The translations under genes were made by a program, and so were the position numbers. This document shows, in pieces, positions 12,963 through 23,936 of a stretch of DNA of 64,000 nt. Under the pieces are notes generated by a model, which saw only the letters and a program-made list of their open reading frames with translations, ran no database searches and was not told the DNA's origin. This stretch comes from Naegleria gruberi (lineage: Eukaryota). Positions within the stretch are counted from its first letter, which is position 1. Every line of letters starts with the position of its first letter. Location: NCBI GenBank assembly GCA_000004985.1, contig GG738920.1; one strand, given 5' to 3'.

Positions 12963-13814
12963 ATGCCTCCCTTTGAAAAACAAACCAAAACAAAACCTTC
13001 CAAGGACATTAAATGTAGAACTTGTGTTTGTGGAGAGAAATCTTGTAAACACTTCAACAAGTTGTTTAAAGTAACTGGAAGAAAAAAACCTTTCCTTGGA
13101 GCCAGAAATTGGATTCTTTGTGAGATAATCTCCAAAAATCCAGAATTAGGAAACAACGCTGGAAATGAATTCGATATTGCATTCACAAAACAAGTCAGCA
13201 CATTGAAAAAGTTTTCCCAAAATGAAATTTCATGCATGAGTCAACCAGAATACAATGAAGTAATTTGTGAAAACTTGTATGATCCTCTTGGTTTGGAATT
13301 ACAAAATTGGAAACGAAAGAAAGTTAGTGATGAAATGGTGGAGAGTGAAAATGAAGATGATGATGAGAAAGAAGATAATCAAAGCAGTGATGAAGAGGAC
13401 AATATTCAAGATGGTGGCCAACTTTTTCTCTCCATTATAAACCAAGACTCAACAAATGTCAATGAACAACAATTGGACACGCCAACCACCCCACTAGTTG
13501 GTGAGATTGCAACAAATTCCTCAAGTACTTTCATGGCAGAAGTAAACACTACTGAAGTAGAAACTCCTTTTGAAAATGAAGATATTGATTTGAATGATCC
13601 TGATGAGTGTCCTATTTACAACACTAAACGTGCATGCTATGTTTATTTTGAGGAAGAAGTATTAGGAAATGTTATTGAGCTTTCCGAAAATTCATTGATA
13701 AACTATACTAATCTCAAAGAATATTTAAAGGTAAAGTTGAATAAGAATATTACTGATATTACTTATATGGAGAATTCATTTCCTTGTGAATTATCTTTGT
13801 CAAAATGTTCTTAA
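12963..13814 (+). CDS. Hypothetical protein, 283 aa, Cys-rich at the N-terminus (CRTCVCGEKSCKHF) with an acidic middle region
   Basis: Complete ORF from the track. The basic/acidic segmentation is typical of nuclear proteins. No confident domain assignment. Confidence 0.4.
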   Translation: MPPFEKQTKTKPSKDIKCRTCVCGEKSCKHFNKLFKVTGRKKPFLGARNWILCEIISKNPELGNNAGNEFDIAFTKQVSTLKKFSQNEISCMSQPEYNEVICENLYDPLGLELQNWKRKKVSDEMVESENEDDDEKEDNQSSDEEDNIQDGGQLFLSIINQDSTNVNEQQLDTPTTPLVGEIATNSSSTFMAEVNTTEVETPFENEDIDLNDPDECPIYNTKRACYVYFEEEVLGNVIELSENSLINYTNLKEYLKVKLNKNITDITYMENSFPCELSLSKCS

Positions 13815-13966
13815 TCTTGTTAAGGAAAGACTAACTGCTGTTAAATATGGATGGATGAATATAATTCTTCGTTGTACAACACAATAAATTAATTATTAAT
13901 AATATTAAAAGTAATCGAACACGTTTGTTGTTTAGCTCTTTTGGATAACAGGAAATAAATTATTTA

Positions 13967-16102
13967 TTAAGCCAATATTAAATATTGAACAAAGGTCAAA
14001 CATAACAAAATAATCAACAAAGTAAATTTGTTTGCAACACCCACACTCAGTGCAACAGTTCTATCCCCACTTTTCATTGGATTTACACTCGATTTCATTC
14101 CAATCACACTATTCACTGGGTCAATAAATGTTGCATTAAACAATTTGTATCCATAAACTTCAGTTCCAGCTCTGAAATAATAAAATCCATCATTTAGAAT
14201 CACTGCATTGAACATGAGCAACTTGTTTGGTTTGAAAATTAAAATGAATGAAAAATTGACTGGATTAATTTTGTAAAGTCCAGTTGAGCTGGTGATGAAA
14301 GTTTCATTTGTTTTTGGATGGCTGACAATGGAGTGTGGACCTTGTTCAACAAATATTCTATCAATGGTTCTGTTGTGAATGATCGAATCTGTCAATGGAT
14401 TGTAAACAAAGAATATTCTGGTGTCAGTATATCCGTAAATTAAATCATTTTCAGGACAATTGAACAATTCGTAATAGTGTCCAACGTTTTTGAATGGCTT
14501 GAATCGTTTAAGAACATTGAGGGTCGACAAATCGAATAGGAATAATTCAGATTCGGTCGCAATTTGTTGACCTCCTGTTCCAGGATCAGTCGTAGTTCCA
14601 CAAATAATAATGCTATTACTGGATTTCATACTAGACATGCTATAGATTGAATGATAAGGAATTAATTGAGTATGATTCAATACTATAACATTTTGTAATT
14701 TTCTATTATGGATTAATAAACCTCCTCCTGTTTTACCATATGCTGGTTTTCCTGACATGAGTACGTGTTCCATATTTGGATGAATTAGAACACAGCTAGG
14801 TCTGTTCACATGTGGTGAGGATGTTCCAATAAAAACTGGATTAGTTCGATTATTTCCAATTTCAGTATACACGTATGGCTTGGATGGAGAATAAGATAAT
14901 AATCTACCTTCTGGATAGGTCCCAATCCAAATATTCGAATCATATGGAACACTTTTAATGGTATTCCACTGATCTAGTGCTGGATTATTTTGTAAACTTT
15001 GAACTGGATTTCCATTCAAGGAAAACATGGTCATTGGAAAACTTGTAGCTCCAATTAATAAATTTCTATCTGGAGTGGCAACCATATCCATGATATTAGC
15101 ACCACGACAAGAATAGGTAAAGTCTCTATTCAATAAGGTTCCATTCGATAACTTGATTACAAAAGTCTTATCGACAGCATTGAAATCTTGTAAGAAATTT
15201 CCACTCTGGAAATATCTGTAAATATAATCTTGACTTCCAGCTAAGTAAACCTTGGCTGTTTTCTTTTTAGTAACATTGGAAATCATGGTACCATTATACA
15301 TTTTGTAAACAATTGATGAGCCACCTTGATTACCATAAACAGCACCATCCAAATCTCTGTACAACACACCAGTTCCATCCAATCTATTCACCTCATCAAT
15401 CAATGGATAATATTGACCTGTTTTTGGATTCAGAGCAATAAATTGTGATTTTGTAAAGGCAATTCCAATATAAATAAATCCCAAATCATCTGAAGCAATC
15501 GATCTTGGATACATGTCCCATGTTTGATTATACACAAATCCATAATCTTTCAATAAAGTATTATTTGGATTGAATGAAAATACACCACATTTAGGATAAG
15601 TTCCTCCCCAAATTTGTCCATAATCATCCATGGTTAGAGCCATAGCCATTCCATTATGAGTTCTTTGATAAAATGTAAAATTCATCAATTGAGCATCAAA
15701 CTGATAAAACGTAGCACCAAAATGTGCATAGTAAAATCTCTTCTCTCGATCTTCCAATAAACTGGCATAGTTGGAAGCAATCACTCCACCCAATGGATTG
15801 CCAGGAATTTCGACACTTGTGGATTCTCCACTAAGTGCATTAATAACCAACATGGCAAACATGGTAAATGAAGTAGATTCTGTAAAATCCATCAATAGAG
15901 ACAATATGCAATCAAATTGTTTACCAATTGGACCACATTTTGTAACAACAACTCCTCTTGTAGAACCCTTGTTGACGGCAACACCAAATTCATACAAGTT
16001 GGGACCAATTTCAAGAGGTACGAAGGCATTTAAAGTGGTGACTGTTGTGAGAAGGAGTAGCAGCAGCAGGAGGAAGAGAATGGCAGTGTGTGAAATATTC
16101 AT
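13967..16102 (-). CDS. Secreted or GPI-anchored glycoprotein, 711 aa. It has an N-terminal signal peptide, many N-x-S/T sites and a C-terminal hydrophobic tail, and is possibly a beta-propeller
   Basis: 'MNISHTAILFLLLLLLLLTTVTTLNA' has signal-like hydrophobicity and the C-terminus is 'FTLLIILLCLTFVQYLILA'. Single long exon. Confidence 0.6.
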   Translation of the reverse strand: MNISHTAILFLLLLLLLLTTVTTLNAFVPLEIGPNLYEFGVAVNKGSTRGVVVTKCGPIGKQFDCILSLLMDFTESTSFTMFAMLVINALSGESTSVEIPGNPLGGVIASNYASLLEDREKRFYYAHFGATFYQFDAQLMNFTFYQRTHNGMAMALTMDDYGQIWGGTYPKCGVFSFNPNNTLLKDYGFVYNQTWDMYPRSIASDDLGFIYIGIAFTKSQFIALNPKTGQYYPLIDEVNRLDGTGVLYRDLDGAVYGNQGGSSIVYKMYNGTMISNVTKKKTAKVYLAGSQDYIYRYFQSGNFLQDFNAVDKTFVIKLSNGTLLNRDFTYSCRGANIMDMVATPDRNLLIGATSFPMTMFSLNGNPVQSLQNNPALDQWNTIKSVPYDSNIWIGTYPEGRLLSYSPSKPYVYTEIGNNRTNPVFIGTSSPHVNRPSCVLIHPNMEHVLMSGKPAYGKTGGGLLIHNRKLQNVIVLNHTQLIPYHSIYSMSSMKSSNSIIICGTTTDPGTGGQQIATESELFLFDLSTLNVLKRFKPFKNVGHYYELFNCPENDLIYGYTDTRIFFVYNPLTDSIIHNRTIDRIFVEQGPHSIVSHPKTNETFITSSTGLYKINPVNFSFILIFKPNKLLMFNAVILNDGFYYFRAGTEVYGYKLFNATFIDPVNSVIGMKSSVNPMKSGDRTVALSVGVANKFTLLIILLCLTFVQYLILA

Positions 16103-16348
16103 TTTTTTTTCTTTGGAATCAATTGGTCACTTTTCATTAACGAGATTTAAATGTCAAATAGCGTTGATTGATGTGTCGCTTCCAGTATGGTGATCTTGAA
16201 AATGTTCCAATATAAGATGTTGAATGGTTTATTGTAAAGGTTTATGGCTTTATAACAAATATTGTAAAATTTAAATTATTATTAATAGAATTTCATTTAC
16301 AGTCATTGTATAATTTCCACATTATTTCCCGCCGAATTTCATGTAGTT

Positions 16349-17388
16349 TTGAGCTTGACAGTTCTAGTGTGTGAAAATGATTACAACAAAAAAATGTCAC
16401 AACTTGACGAGTCACTTGCCAGCAAGTGGAAAAAATTTAAATCTTTCAACTTTGAAGCAAACACACAATGGAAGGAATATCAAGAAAATTTAACATTTCC
16501 AGAAAATCTTTCAGCAGAGAAGAAACAATCCCTCCTTTCGAAATATCAAAAGAAATTTTATCTGAAACATGTTGATCCAACGTTGAAATCCTACGAAATT
16601 CCATATTCTGTTTCAGAATTGAACGGAGATTCTCATAATGCAACCATGATTTTTCTGCATGGTTTTGGAGATCAATCGGATGGTTGGTCTCAAACATTCG
16701 ACAGATTTCTTTCGGATGAAAAATTCAAGAAATTGAAATTTCTAGTTCCTAATGCTCCTTCACAACCTATTTCTCTTGGATTTGGAATGAGTTTTAAATC
16801 ATGGTACAATGTCAAAAGTCTTGCTGTTGAAGGTCCAGATGTCAATGAAGATGTTCCAAGTATGGAAGCATGTTTTGAAAAGATTACTCAATTAATTGAT
16901 AGAGAAATTAATGAATTTGGAGTTGATCCTAGCAGGATTATAATTTCTGGATTTTCCCAAGGAGGAAGTGGTGAGTAGTTCAGTATTTAAAATTTTTAAA
17001 CCCTATTGTAAATAATTATGGTAAACTTATTTGAAAATCTTGAATAGTTGCATTCTATTATGGATTAAGTTGCAAATACAAACTTGGAGGAATTGCAATC
17101 TTATCTTCCTGGCTTCCTCTTCGTACACAATTACAATCTCTTTTACAAAATCCAGAATTTGATTTCAAAAATTGTAAAACTCCAATTTTCATAGCTCACG
17201 GAGATGCTGATAATGTTCTGGAATACAAATATGGAGTTTCTAGTAAGGATTATTTGGTCAATCAAGTGTTGAATCAAGGAGGAGGTTCAGAGCATGTGGA
17301 ATTTCACACTTATAAAGGAATGGGACATTCTTCCAATGAGGAAGAATTGAGAGATTTAGGAAGGTTTATTGGAAAGGTGTTAAATTAA
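16349..17388 (+). CDS. Alpha/beta-hydrolase, phospholipase/carboxylesterase (acyl-protein thioesterase-like). Model is join(16349..16970,17048..17388) with a 77-nt intron
   Basis: Nucleophile elbow GFSQGG spans the splice junction. Exon 2 has 'IAHGDADNVLEY...GMGHS' with the catalytic Asp and His. The GTGAGT donor and TAG acceptor keep the frame. Confidence 0.7.
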
Positions 17389-17747
17389 ACTTCTTTCCAA
17401 CGATCAAATTAATAAATATTGGAACAAAAAGGTGGTTCGCATTTTCAAAGATGAGTACATAAACTTTCCAATGAATTCAAATTGAGTCCATTGATTAGTA
17501 TTCAACATACCTTGTATTGAAACCAGTCAAATCCTCTTGTTCGTAATTGAATCATGGTTCATGCCATGTGATTTATAATCCACAAGTCAAGCCAGAGTGC
17601 CAAAATTGAAACATCTTGCCTGCCAACTCTTAACTCTCATGCATTCATACTTTCCAACTTCCAAAAATGAAAAGCAGTCCTTTTGTTTAGATCCCACTTG
17701 AGGATAATTATTTGCAAATTTTGGTTAACATCCAATTTCCATATTTT

Positions 17748-18557
17748 TCAATCAGAATTCAAAATATAATCCAATGATAGTGGATAAATTTGCTTGAACA
17801 GCTTTGTATTGTCCTGACAGCTGTCAATATAATTATTTGGCCACTTTGTCAGACCTAGCTCTCCACGCAAAGCATAAAATCTTCTTTTCAGAGTCGAAAC
17901 ACTACATCCCAATCTAGAACTAGCTTGTTGTTGATTCAAATGCAAAACTCTAAGAATATCTTCCTTTGAAATTGAATCTGCTCCTCGTTTTAAAGTTGTC
18001 AATCGTCGATTCAAGTCATTTTGATTAATTTGAATGATTGTTGTGGAATGGAGTGTCTTTTCATTGAGATCCATGAGTTTAAAAGGTGCATGTTGCATAT
18101 AATCTTGTGAATAGTCGTCCAAGTCAAGTGATTTTTGACTTGTAATAACATAATGTTGATGACATGTGGCATGTTTTTGAGATGATGTCTTTTTCGCATC
18201 TGTGGATTGTTGGAATGCCACCAATTCATTGTTTTTAAATTTGTATTTCTTCTTTGGAGGATGTGAAGAGTTGCTGCCACATGTCACTTCATGTGAACCA
18301 AAACCTATTGTTGTTGTTGACAGACTATACTTTACACTTTGATTATTTGCATAGTCCTCAGAATGGTACATGTGTTGTTGTTTATCTGAACTCACATCTG
18401 TCATCCAATTACCATTCAAATTTTGCTGAACTTGATTAGTGGCATGTTGTGTCATGTGTTGTTCAGAAGGAGAAGAGGAAGATTTATTCTTCCTGTTTAC
18501 TACTGAACAGCGTTCACTTGATATGTTTTGAGGAGTTGATGAGTTGGCAGGTGGCAT
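17748..18557 (-). CDS. RWP-RK domain transcription factor, 269 aa
   Basis: The C-terminal 'LGCSVSTLKRRFYALRGELGLTKWP' matches the RWP-RK consensus (LGVS.T.LK..CR..GI.RWP). Single exon, ATG at 18557. Confidence 0.6.
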   Translation of the reverse strand: MPPANSSTPQNISSERCSVVNRKNKSSSSPSEQHMTQHATNQVQQNLNGNWMTDVSSDKQQHMYHSEDYANNQSVKYSLSTTTIGFGSHEVTCGSNSSHPPKKKYKFKNNELVAFQQSTDAKKTSSQKHATCHQHYVITSQKSLDLDDYSQDYMQHAPFKLMDLNEKTLHSTTIIQINQNDLNRRLTTLKRGADSISKEDILRVLHLNQQQASSRLGCSVSTLKRRFYALRGELGLTKWPNNYIDSCQDNTKLFKQIYPLSLDYILNSD

Positions 18558-19134
18558 GTTCGTGCGTTTTTTTGTTGTGGCAGAATGAAGGCATGAATGA
18601 TTGAGCTGTTTCAGAAAAGGATCCGATTATACTGTCTTCATTTATCAATTGCTGTTTCCAAATATAGAATTTTAGTTTCGAACAACTATTCGAAGCGCAC
18701 TCACAAGAGTTGTGTGCTTTGCTGGGTTAGTGTGAGGAAGTTAAAACACCTGTGATTAAATCTCTTAGTACTTGAGAAACAATCTCTGTACAGTATATTT
18801 TCCTTTTATGTAATTGAAGGTTCGTGATATCAATTGAATTCGGCTTGTGTATGAAGAGATAAAAACGAAACTAGACGAAAGAGAGATTTGAGTGCAAAGG
18901 ATGCTAGATCAGTTATTCCTCCGTAGTGGTTATGTTTCTTGATTGAAGCCTTATAGAGTTGGAGATACAAGCGATTACCCTAACTGCTAACAAAGAATCT
19001 TACAATAGAGTTTTACGAAGGTGCAGAAATTGAATTTAAGGCGAGATGTGTTTCGTATTATCTATTCGATAATTTCTCACATCCACAACATCATATTTAA
19101 AACTACACAACTTTTACATTTTATTCGAAACTGA

Positions 19135-20868
19135 CTACCAATAATCATACCAAACACTTGATAACAACGATTGACGAATATCAGCTAAAGTTTCTGGATC
19201 ATCCTCTTTCGGCAACGCCATTCGAATATCCTTCAAAGTATCCTTCGCCTCCACAAGATCATGAGCAGGATGAGATTTGTTTCTTCTCACTGCCAATCGA
19301 TAAGCTTCATACGGAGATTCAATTTTCAATATTTCGCCAAATGATAATTTTCCAAAATGACATTGTAATGAATTGATAAATGATTCCGCCAGTAATTTTG
19401 GAAAATCAATGACGAATTCTGGAGAAGTATTGAAGGCAAGACGGAGAAATGTTTCGTCTTGACCCCAGAAATCGTAGAGAGGTTTCAATTGTGAGAAAGT
19501 ATTGGAATAGCTATTCGAATGTTTCAACCAATTGGTTAAAAGTTGTAAATTGAATGGTCTGTCCTTTTTCAATGTTTCGTCCAGTGTTGGGTAAATATCA
19601 AAATTTGATAATACAGCTTTCTCTGCAATTTCCTTATCAGATTGTAAATCTTTTGGCAAGTTGGTGAATAACATGATTGAGTGTGAATTATCGTACAATG
19701 TAGATTCGAATATTTTCAAGGCAACTTTCTTATTCATTTGAATCTTATCTCCCAATCCGATTATTGACATGGATGCTGGATCTGATTCGATAATTTGTTT
19801 CAAAACCTTCTCTGATAACTTGGATTCCTTTGAGAGTTGTGTCAGGAAATTTCCCACAGCTGGATTCGATGAAGGTTTAACAATTCCAATGAGTTTGATT
19901 AAGAATTCATCACTTGTTGTTGATTTTCTCAAAATATTCTCATCCACAATTGAGCCATTCTTCAAGCTTTCCAAAATTAAATCATTATTGATCAATTCAC
20001 TTGGAATACTGGAAAGAGATCCTCTTTCAATGAATTGCTTGAGAATATCCTTATCCTTTTTAAGAGGGTCCGAAATGTGTGTATAATTCTCTGTATGATA
20101 TTTGATAGCTAACTGCACAATAGATTTTTCATTTCTTATCGAATTTGGAGCAAATTGTAATATTGGATAACTCTGAATTGCTAAATTGATTAATTTCTTA
20201 TCATTCTTTTGAGATTCTGTTAAATATTCATAGAGATATCCATACTGTTTCAACAATGTTCTCAAATCTTTCTCATTGCTTAAAACTTTCTGTACATTGA
20301 AGAGATTTACTTGCTTTCCTGAACAGGACGATTGCATCCACTGTTTGAAATTCATTCGAAGACTCTTCAATCCATCACTAAGCATTCCACTCTTTAAATC
20401 AATAAAAAGGCCACTGCCACCTGTCATTGTTCTAGTAGAACTGTCAATAAACCCAATTTGAACCTTTTGTGGTGAATGAAACCGCCAATCTTGAAAAGCA
20501 TTCAACCAACTCCAATGACTTCCCATCAAATCTTTCGAATTTTCATCCATTTCCTCTTGTAAATTAATTCTTCTTCCATTTGTAATTTTAATAAATTCCC
20601 TCAAGTGGAAAGGAAGTTTGTATCCAATTTTACACTCCACCATTTCAATCACCTCCTCCGGAACGCCTTCCTCACTCCACGGACTTTGTAAATATCGATT
20701 TTCCAATTCCATAATTCGTTGCAAATCTAAAACTTCCTCTTCCAAACAAACATTTCTAAATTTCAAGCAAGTTTTCTCAAAATTGGAACGAGTTTTATCA
20801 TCTGGAAGGAATTGGTAGACAAATGCCAAACTTTCAGGTGATAATATCACTCTAGGTTGTGATGCCAT
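19135..20868 (-). CDS. SMI1/KNR4 (SUKH)-like N-terminal domain followed by degenerate ~38-aa repeats resembling DUF4116, about 577 aa
   Basis: 'YKLPFHLREFIKITNGRRI...' resembles SUKH/SMI1. The later repeats 'KSDKEI...AV..N' and 'KKDKDILKQFIE' resemble those in the genes at 43912 and 62205. The track ORF extends to 20928 through a TTG, and the first ATG is at 20868. Confidence 0.5.
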   Translation of the reverse strand: MASQPRVILSPESLAFVYQFLPDDKTRSNFEKTCLKFRNVCLEEEVLDLQRIMELENRYLQSPWSEEGVPEEVIEMVECKIGYKLPFHLREFIKITNGRRINLQEEMDENSKDLMGSHWSWLNAFQDWRFHSPQKVQIGFIDSSTRTMTGGSGLFIDLKSGMLSDGLKSLRMNFKQWMQSSCSGKQVNLFNVQKVLSNEKDLRTLLKQYGYLYEYLTESQKNDKKLINLAIQSYPILQFAPNSIRNEKSIVQLAIKYHTENYTHISDPLKKDKDILKQFIERGSLSSIPSELINNDLILESLKNGSIVDENILRKSTTSDEFLIKLIGIVKPSSNPAVGNFLTQLSKESKLSEKVLKQIIESDPASMSIIGLGDKIQMNKKVALKIFESTLYDNSHSIMLFTNLPKDLQSDKEIAEKAVLSNFDIYPTLDETLKKDRPFNLQLLTNWLKHSNSYSNTFSQLKPLYDFWGQDETFLRLAFNTSPEFVIDFPKLLAESFINSLQCHFGKLSFGEILKIESPYEAYRLAVRRNKSHPAHDLVEAKDTLKDIRMALPKEDDPETLADIRQSLLSSVWYDYW

Positions 20869-21913
20869 TTTTTTTTGATTGTTTGAAGTTTGGCAAGTCC
20901 AGCAATGAGCGCCTGTTGACGTCAGCAAGGAAGTTTCAAATCATAATTTCAAAAAAATTAAAAATCATCCCAAACGGATAATGTGATTCTTTTAAAGCAA
21001 GTTTTCGAATTGGCGCCAAAATTTTGTCAGCCGTTTTGCTTGTTTTTGTTGTTTGACCATGAAAAATATAAATTTTAAATTTTAGAAAAAATACAAAGAA
21101 GAGAAAATGCTGAGAATGGATGAGGATGTGGATGTGGAGGATCTAGTAGTGTTAATAGTGGATGTATTGTTTGGATGATGATGTATTGATGGTGAGCACG
21201 GAAATTGTGGAGGATTTTTTTGGGAAATGATAACTTCATCGGAGCCTTGTTGATTTTGATCTTCAATTCAAGGATTTTAAAATTTTGATATTGAATGGTA
21301 CATTGAATGTATAGATATTTAGCAGTAAAAAGTGGAAATTTAATCAGCAACACTTTGCAACATTTCATCTCGTCATCCCAATATCATAGAGATGGTTCAA
21401 AAGGGTTCGTGGAAAATCATGATTTTCCCACCAAAGTTCATATTTTAATTAAATTTATTTCTATTCCAAATATTTTGTAATAATTAATAAATTTAAATAT
21501 CGGAATGGTCAAGGACATTGAATTTGAGAGTCATAGCTTTCCACCAACTGTTGGTGATGCTAGAATTCTAGCTTTTAAGGTGTCAAACCTTAACATCATG
21601 ATACCAACGTTTTAATTACAGGTAAAATTCGTAATGGATTGTAATATAGGTAAATTGATTGAGTTACTTGCTTTATTTAATGATTTCATTCCAAACAAGA
21701 CAATACATATCCAAAATTACATCACAAGATCTCAATGAGATGGAAGTTGTGCACTATAATTGAAAGTCAGCACTAAAGTATAGTATCTATTATGATATTT
21801 CCAATTATTGGTGATCGATAGGATTAATATAAGACAATGCGTGCAAGTCAAGCACAAGAGCTGCATATCACTGCCTTACTTGTGACCTAGTTGCCAATTT
21901 TATCCAAATATCA

Positions 21914-23542
21914 ATGTACTTAAGTGTTGAGAAACCTTTCTCACACATTCTCATATCAAAAAAAAAATCCAATCATCATGAGAACAAGCTATTGCTAACT
22001 CTTTTAATGGTGGCACTAATTGCCGTCATTCACTCAACTACAGCCACAAGTTTCAAACAAGCTTTGGGCAACTACGTCAATCAACCAGAAAGTGCCTATT
22101 CCTACAAATTAATTAACACCAGATCCATCACTGGTGCCACCATCTACACACTCAACGTTACCTCCTTAACTTGGTTGCCAACTTCAGAAGTCGGCCCAGC
22201 AAACACTTGGTTCCATTATCTTGAAATTACAATTCCAAATAATTTGAATAAGAATAATCGTGAAAGTTTATTCTTTATTTCTAATGGTGATAATAATTTG
22301 GCAGTCCCTGGTGCTACTGATTTGACTGCTTCTCCAATTCATGTTCCTACTTTCGTATATGATACTGCAGTTTCGACTAAAAGTGTTACTGCCATTGTTT
22401 ATATGGTTCCAAATCAACCAATGAGTTATAATTCAGATCCTACTCATGCTACTCGTGTGGAAGATGCTATTATTGGTTATGGATGGAATCGTTTCTTACA
22501 AAACACTACCAAGGCCAATCTCTTGTATGTCACTCAACTGCCACAAGTCAAGGGAAGTAAGATGGCAATGGATACTGTTGTTTCCTTTGTTAAGAAACAA
22601 GCCAATCACGTCATTGAAAAGTTTACAGTCAGTGGTGCTTCAAAGAGAGGGTAAGTATTTTAGTCAATGTAGCCATTTAACATTTTGACAGTTGGACAAC
22701 CATTCTTTTAGGCGCAATTGACAATCGTGTTGCTGCTATTGCACCAATGGTCATTCCAGTCTATGGAACTAAGGAATTCATTGTTAGAACTTATAACAAC
22801 ATGTGTGCTTGGCCTTGGGCTTTCTATGATTATGTCACTAATGGTGTCACTGATCAACTTTTTGATAAATCATTTGAAAGTTTGACAGATATTGTTGATC
22901 CACTGAATTATGGTAGATTGAAATCCATTCCAAAGTATCAAATTCTCGCCTTGGGTGATGAATTCTTTGCTCCGTAAGTTTCTTTAACTTTCCAATAATT
23001 TTTAATTCGATTCTCATAGTGACCTCAATAATTTGTTTTATTCCAAAATTAAGGGTGAAAAGTATGTACGTTACATTCCAAACACTGGCCACTTGATGCT
23101 CAATACCAATGTCTTACAAGTCCTCGGTTCTTTCTATGCATCTAGATTGAATAATCTCGTCATTCCAAAGTACACTTTCTCACATGAATTCGTCAATGGT
23201 GGTGTAATTATTTATGTCTCAGTTACCAATGGTATCAAACCAACAGCTGTCAAGTTGTGGTCTGCCACTAATCCAACAAGTCGTGATTTCAGAACTTCCA
23301 CAATTGGTGTTGATGTTTGGCAATCTACTAATTTGGTTGAAGTAAGAGAATTGGAATGGCAAGCTTTTGTAAGAAATCCAGCAACTGGTTATACAACTGC
23401 CACCATTGAATTGACATTTGCCAATGCTGTCAATGGTGTTGCATTGGAACCTTTAGTTTTCACATCCAATGCTTTTATTACACCAGATACTACTCCTTGT
23501 AATATCAATAAGAATAATTTACCAACTCATAAAATGGTTTAA
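21914..23542 (+). CDS. PhoPQ-activated pathogenicity-related protein (PqaA-type), alpha/beta-hydrolase-like. Model is join(21914..22650,22692..22973,23020..23542)
   Basis: Family-typical sequence. Has signal-peptide-like 'LLLTLLMVALIAVIHSTTA'. 'GASKRG' (GxSxG) is formed across the 41-nt intron 1. Intron 2 is 46 nt, and both introns are GTAAGT...AG and restore the frame. Confidence 0.6.
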
Positions 23543-23936
23543 ATAAACTTGGTTAAACTATTCGATGTATTCAAAACTTTTGAATCTTTTCAACCAATAC
23601 ATAAATTTGATTGTTGACAAGTTGTGTGTAAAACATGCAAGAATTCCTGTTAATATTTGCCAAGTTTTGAAAATTAGATTTTGTAACTATCAAAATGATT
23701 GTAAATTCAATGCACCTCTTTGATTTTTCAATCAATTACTTGAAAGCACGCATTAAATCCTTCTCACTTATTAAATTATATTAATAAGTTTAATTGCCCA
23801 TCCCATTCCATTGAAGAATCATCAATATCCAATTCAATTCGATGGTTAGTACTAACCTCAAACACATCCGAATCCTTAAGCTAAATTTAATTCGGAATGA
23901 AATTCGGAGTTTTAGGACATAAAGAAATTAAAGAAA

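Noticed and set aside
15771-16193. Antisense or overlapping track ORFs inside confident genes (for example 15771-16193, 18011-18280, 19769-20086, 29430-29899, 35875-36111, 36961-37401, 46183-46599, 62396-62722)
   Set aside because: They lie on the opposite strand of well-supported CDSs with domain homology. Their composition is low-complexity mirror images
23033-23050. An alternative acceptor 'aaattaag|ggtgaa' for PqaA intron 2
   Set aside because: It breaks the reading frame. The 'tcatag|tgacctc' acceptor at about 23019 restores it
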